Source of the DNA: Octopus vulgaris
Lineage: Eukaryota
Assembly (NCBI GenBank): GCA_951406725.2
Contig: OX597838.1
Location: forward strand, 28,768,001 to 28,832,000
Direction of reading: 5' to 3'
Length of the DNA stretch: 64,000 nt
Shown here: positions 62,481 to 64,000 of the stretch, piece after piece
Layout of the letters: each line of letters opens with the position of its first letter
Numbering within the stretch: the first letter of the stretch is position 1
Translations under genes and position numbers: made by a program
Notes under the pieces: model-generated
The model's database searches: none
Told to the model about the DNA's origin: nothing
What the model saw: only the letters and a program-made list of their open reading frames with translations

Positions 62481-62727
62481 GTTTATTTATTCACATGTCT
62501 TTAATTAAACATGCATTATGTTTGTAGTTTTGAGATTTTGATAAGGTAACAGTTAAGTTTTAGAATGATATTGTAGGGTATGCATACATACATACATACA
62601 TACATAAATTGCTAGCAAGGACACAGTATTTCATTTAGCAACCGTAATATACCACTGAGTATATTAAAGGTTTACAAGTAAATATTGTGCCTGTTTGTGT
62701 TAACAGTGCAATATTCTCTTTTTTTAA

Positions 62728-62901
62728 GTGTGAAACTATAGATTTTCTATAGAATTCGGAGCCAACGCTCTAAATTATGACATTTTCTATACAAATGTCT
62801 TTTGTATACAATGCAATCACATTTGCATATTTGTATATTTGTATATAAAACATACCTTATGGTGCTGAATCTGAATTCTGTAGAAAATCTATAGTTTATC
62901 A
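62728..62901. mobile_element. Degenerate MITE or inverted repeat
   Basis: aaactatagattttctatagaattc.ga paired with tc.gaattctgtagaaaatctatagttt. Confidence 0.55.
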
Positions 62902-64000
62902 CTTATATGATATATATATATCACATACTTGTATAAGTTTGATATGTGCTAATGCATGAAACTCTTGGACCATGAGTCACTCTGTTGCTTTTGCTGAATA
63001 TTGACAAATATATATATATCATCATACGTCCGTTTTCCATGCTAGCATGGGTTGGACGGTTTTGACTGAGGGCTGGCGAACCAGATGGCTGCACCAGGCT
63101 CCAATCTTGATCTGGCAGAGTTTCTACAGCTGGATGACCTTCCTAACTCCAACCACTCCGAGAGTGTAGTGGGTGCTTTTTACGTGCCACCTACACGGGG
63201 GCCAGTCAGGTGGTACTGGCAATGACCTCGCCCGAATCTTTTTACACATGCCACCGACACAGGTGCCAGTGAAGCGACGTTGGTAACGGTCACGCTCGAA
63301 TGGTGCCCTTTTACGTGCCATGTGTGTGTGTGTGTATATATATATGTATATATATGTATATATCATCATCATCATCATCATCGTTTAACGTCCGTTTTCC
63401 ATGCTAGCATGGGTTGGACGGTTCAACCGGGGTCTGGGAAGCCAGAAGGCTGCACCAGGCTCCAGTCTGATCTGGCAGTGTTTCTATATATGGCACATAA
63501 AAGCACCCACTACACTCTCAGAGTGGTTGGCGTTAGGAAGGGCATCCAGCTGTAGAAACTCTGCCAGATCAAGATTGGAGTCTGGTGCAGCCATCTGGTT
63601 TGCCAGTCCTCTGTCAAATCATCCAACCCATGCTAGCATGGAAAGCAGATGTTAAACGATGATGATGATGATGATATATATATATATATATACTAAGCAA
63701 TTAAGGGTTTAGCAACGAATTGCCTCACCACACACCGAATTTAGAAATAGCAGTCAAAGAGTTATAGCTATTCTTTCTACTAAAAGGGAGATCTCAGTAA
63801 AAACACAGCACTTGAAAGGCAAACACAGACAGGTAAGAGAGAATGAATGAGAATATGTATATTTGTTGTTTTGTTGTTTATTTTTTATACTTTATTTTAC
63901 CGTTATTGTTTTTACGTTTTTGTATTCTTATTGTTGTCACGTATTCTGTATTTTTGTTCGTGTACTTTGTTCGTTTTCCGTCCTCGTGTTGTATACATTC

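Overview
AT-rich, microsatellite- and SINE-dense animal genomic DNA; the SINE families look like those of Octopus (coleoid cephalopod; inferred, not database-checked). The + strand carries the last three coding exons of an SZRD1 (SUZ/SUZ-C) orthologue (4375-8907) and a complete 7-exon COQ5 methyltransferase gene (25318-35820, 324 aa after splicing). A tRNA-Gly(TCC) gene lies on the - strand (38307-38378). The rest is mostly mobile DNA: a young 5'-truncated CR1-like LINE with an 826-aa open ORF; fossil RTE, CR1-like and restriction-like-endonuclease LINEs; non-autonomous Helitrons; several MITE families; at least five SINE-like families; tandem arrays; and long palindromes. The most interesting signals are: (i) a tRNA-headed SINE-like element carrying a Penelope-type minimal hammerhead ribozyme, plus further hammerhead motifs; (ii) SINE concatemers that reuse one fixed head-to-tail junction at separate loci, suggesting a circular or cleaved RNA intermediate; (iii) a 28-bp minisatellite whose 8 units all keep a STAT-type TTCN3GAA site; (iv) competing inverted repeats around COQ5 exon 4. 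Most ORFs in the supplied track are microsatellite or SINE artefacts. All calls were made by eye, and repeat boundaries are approximate.
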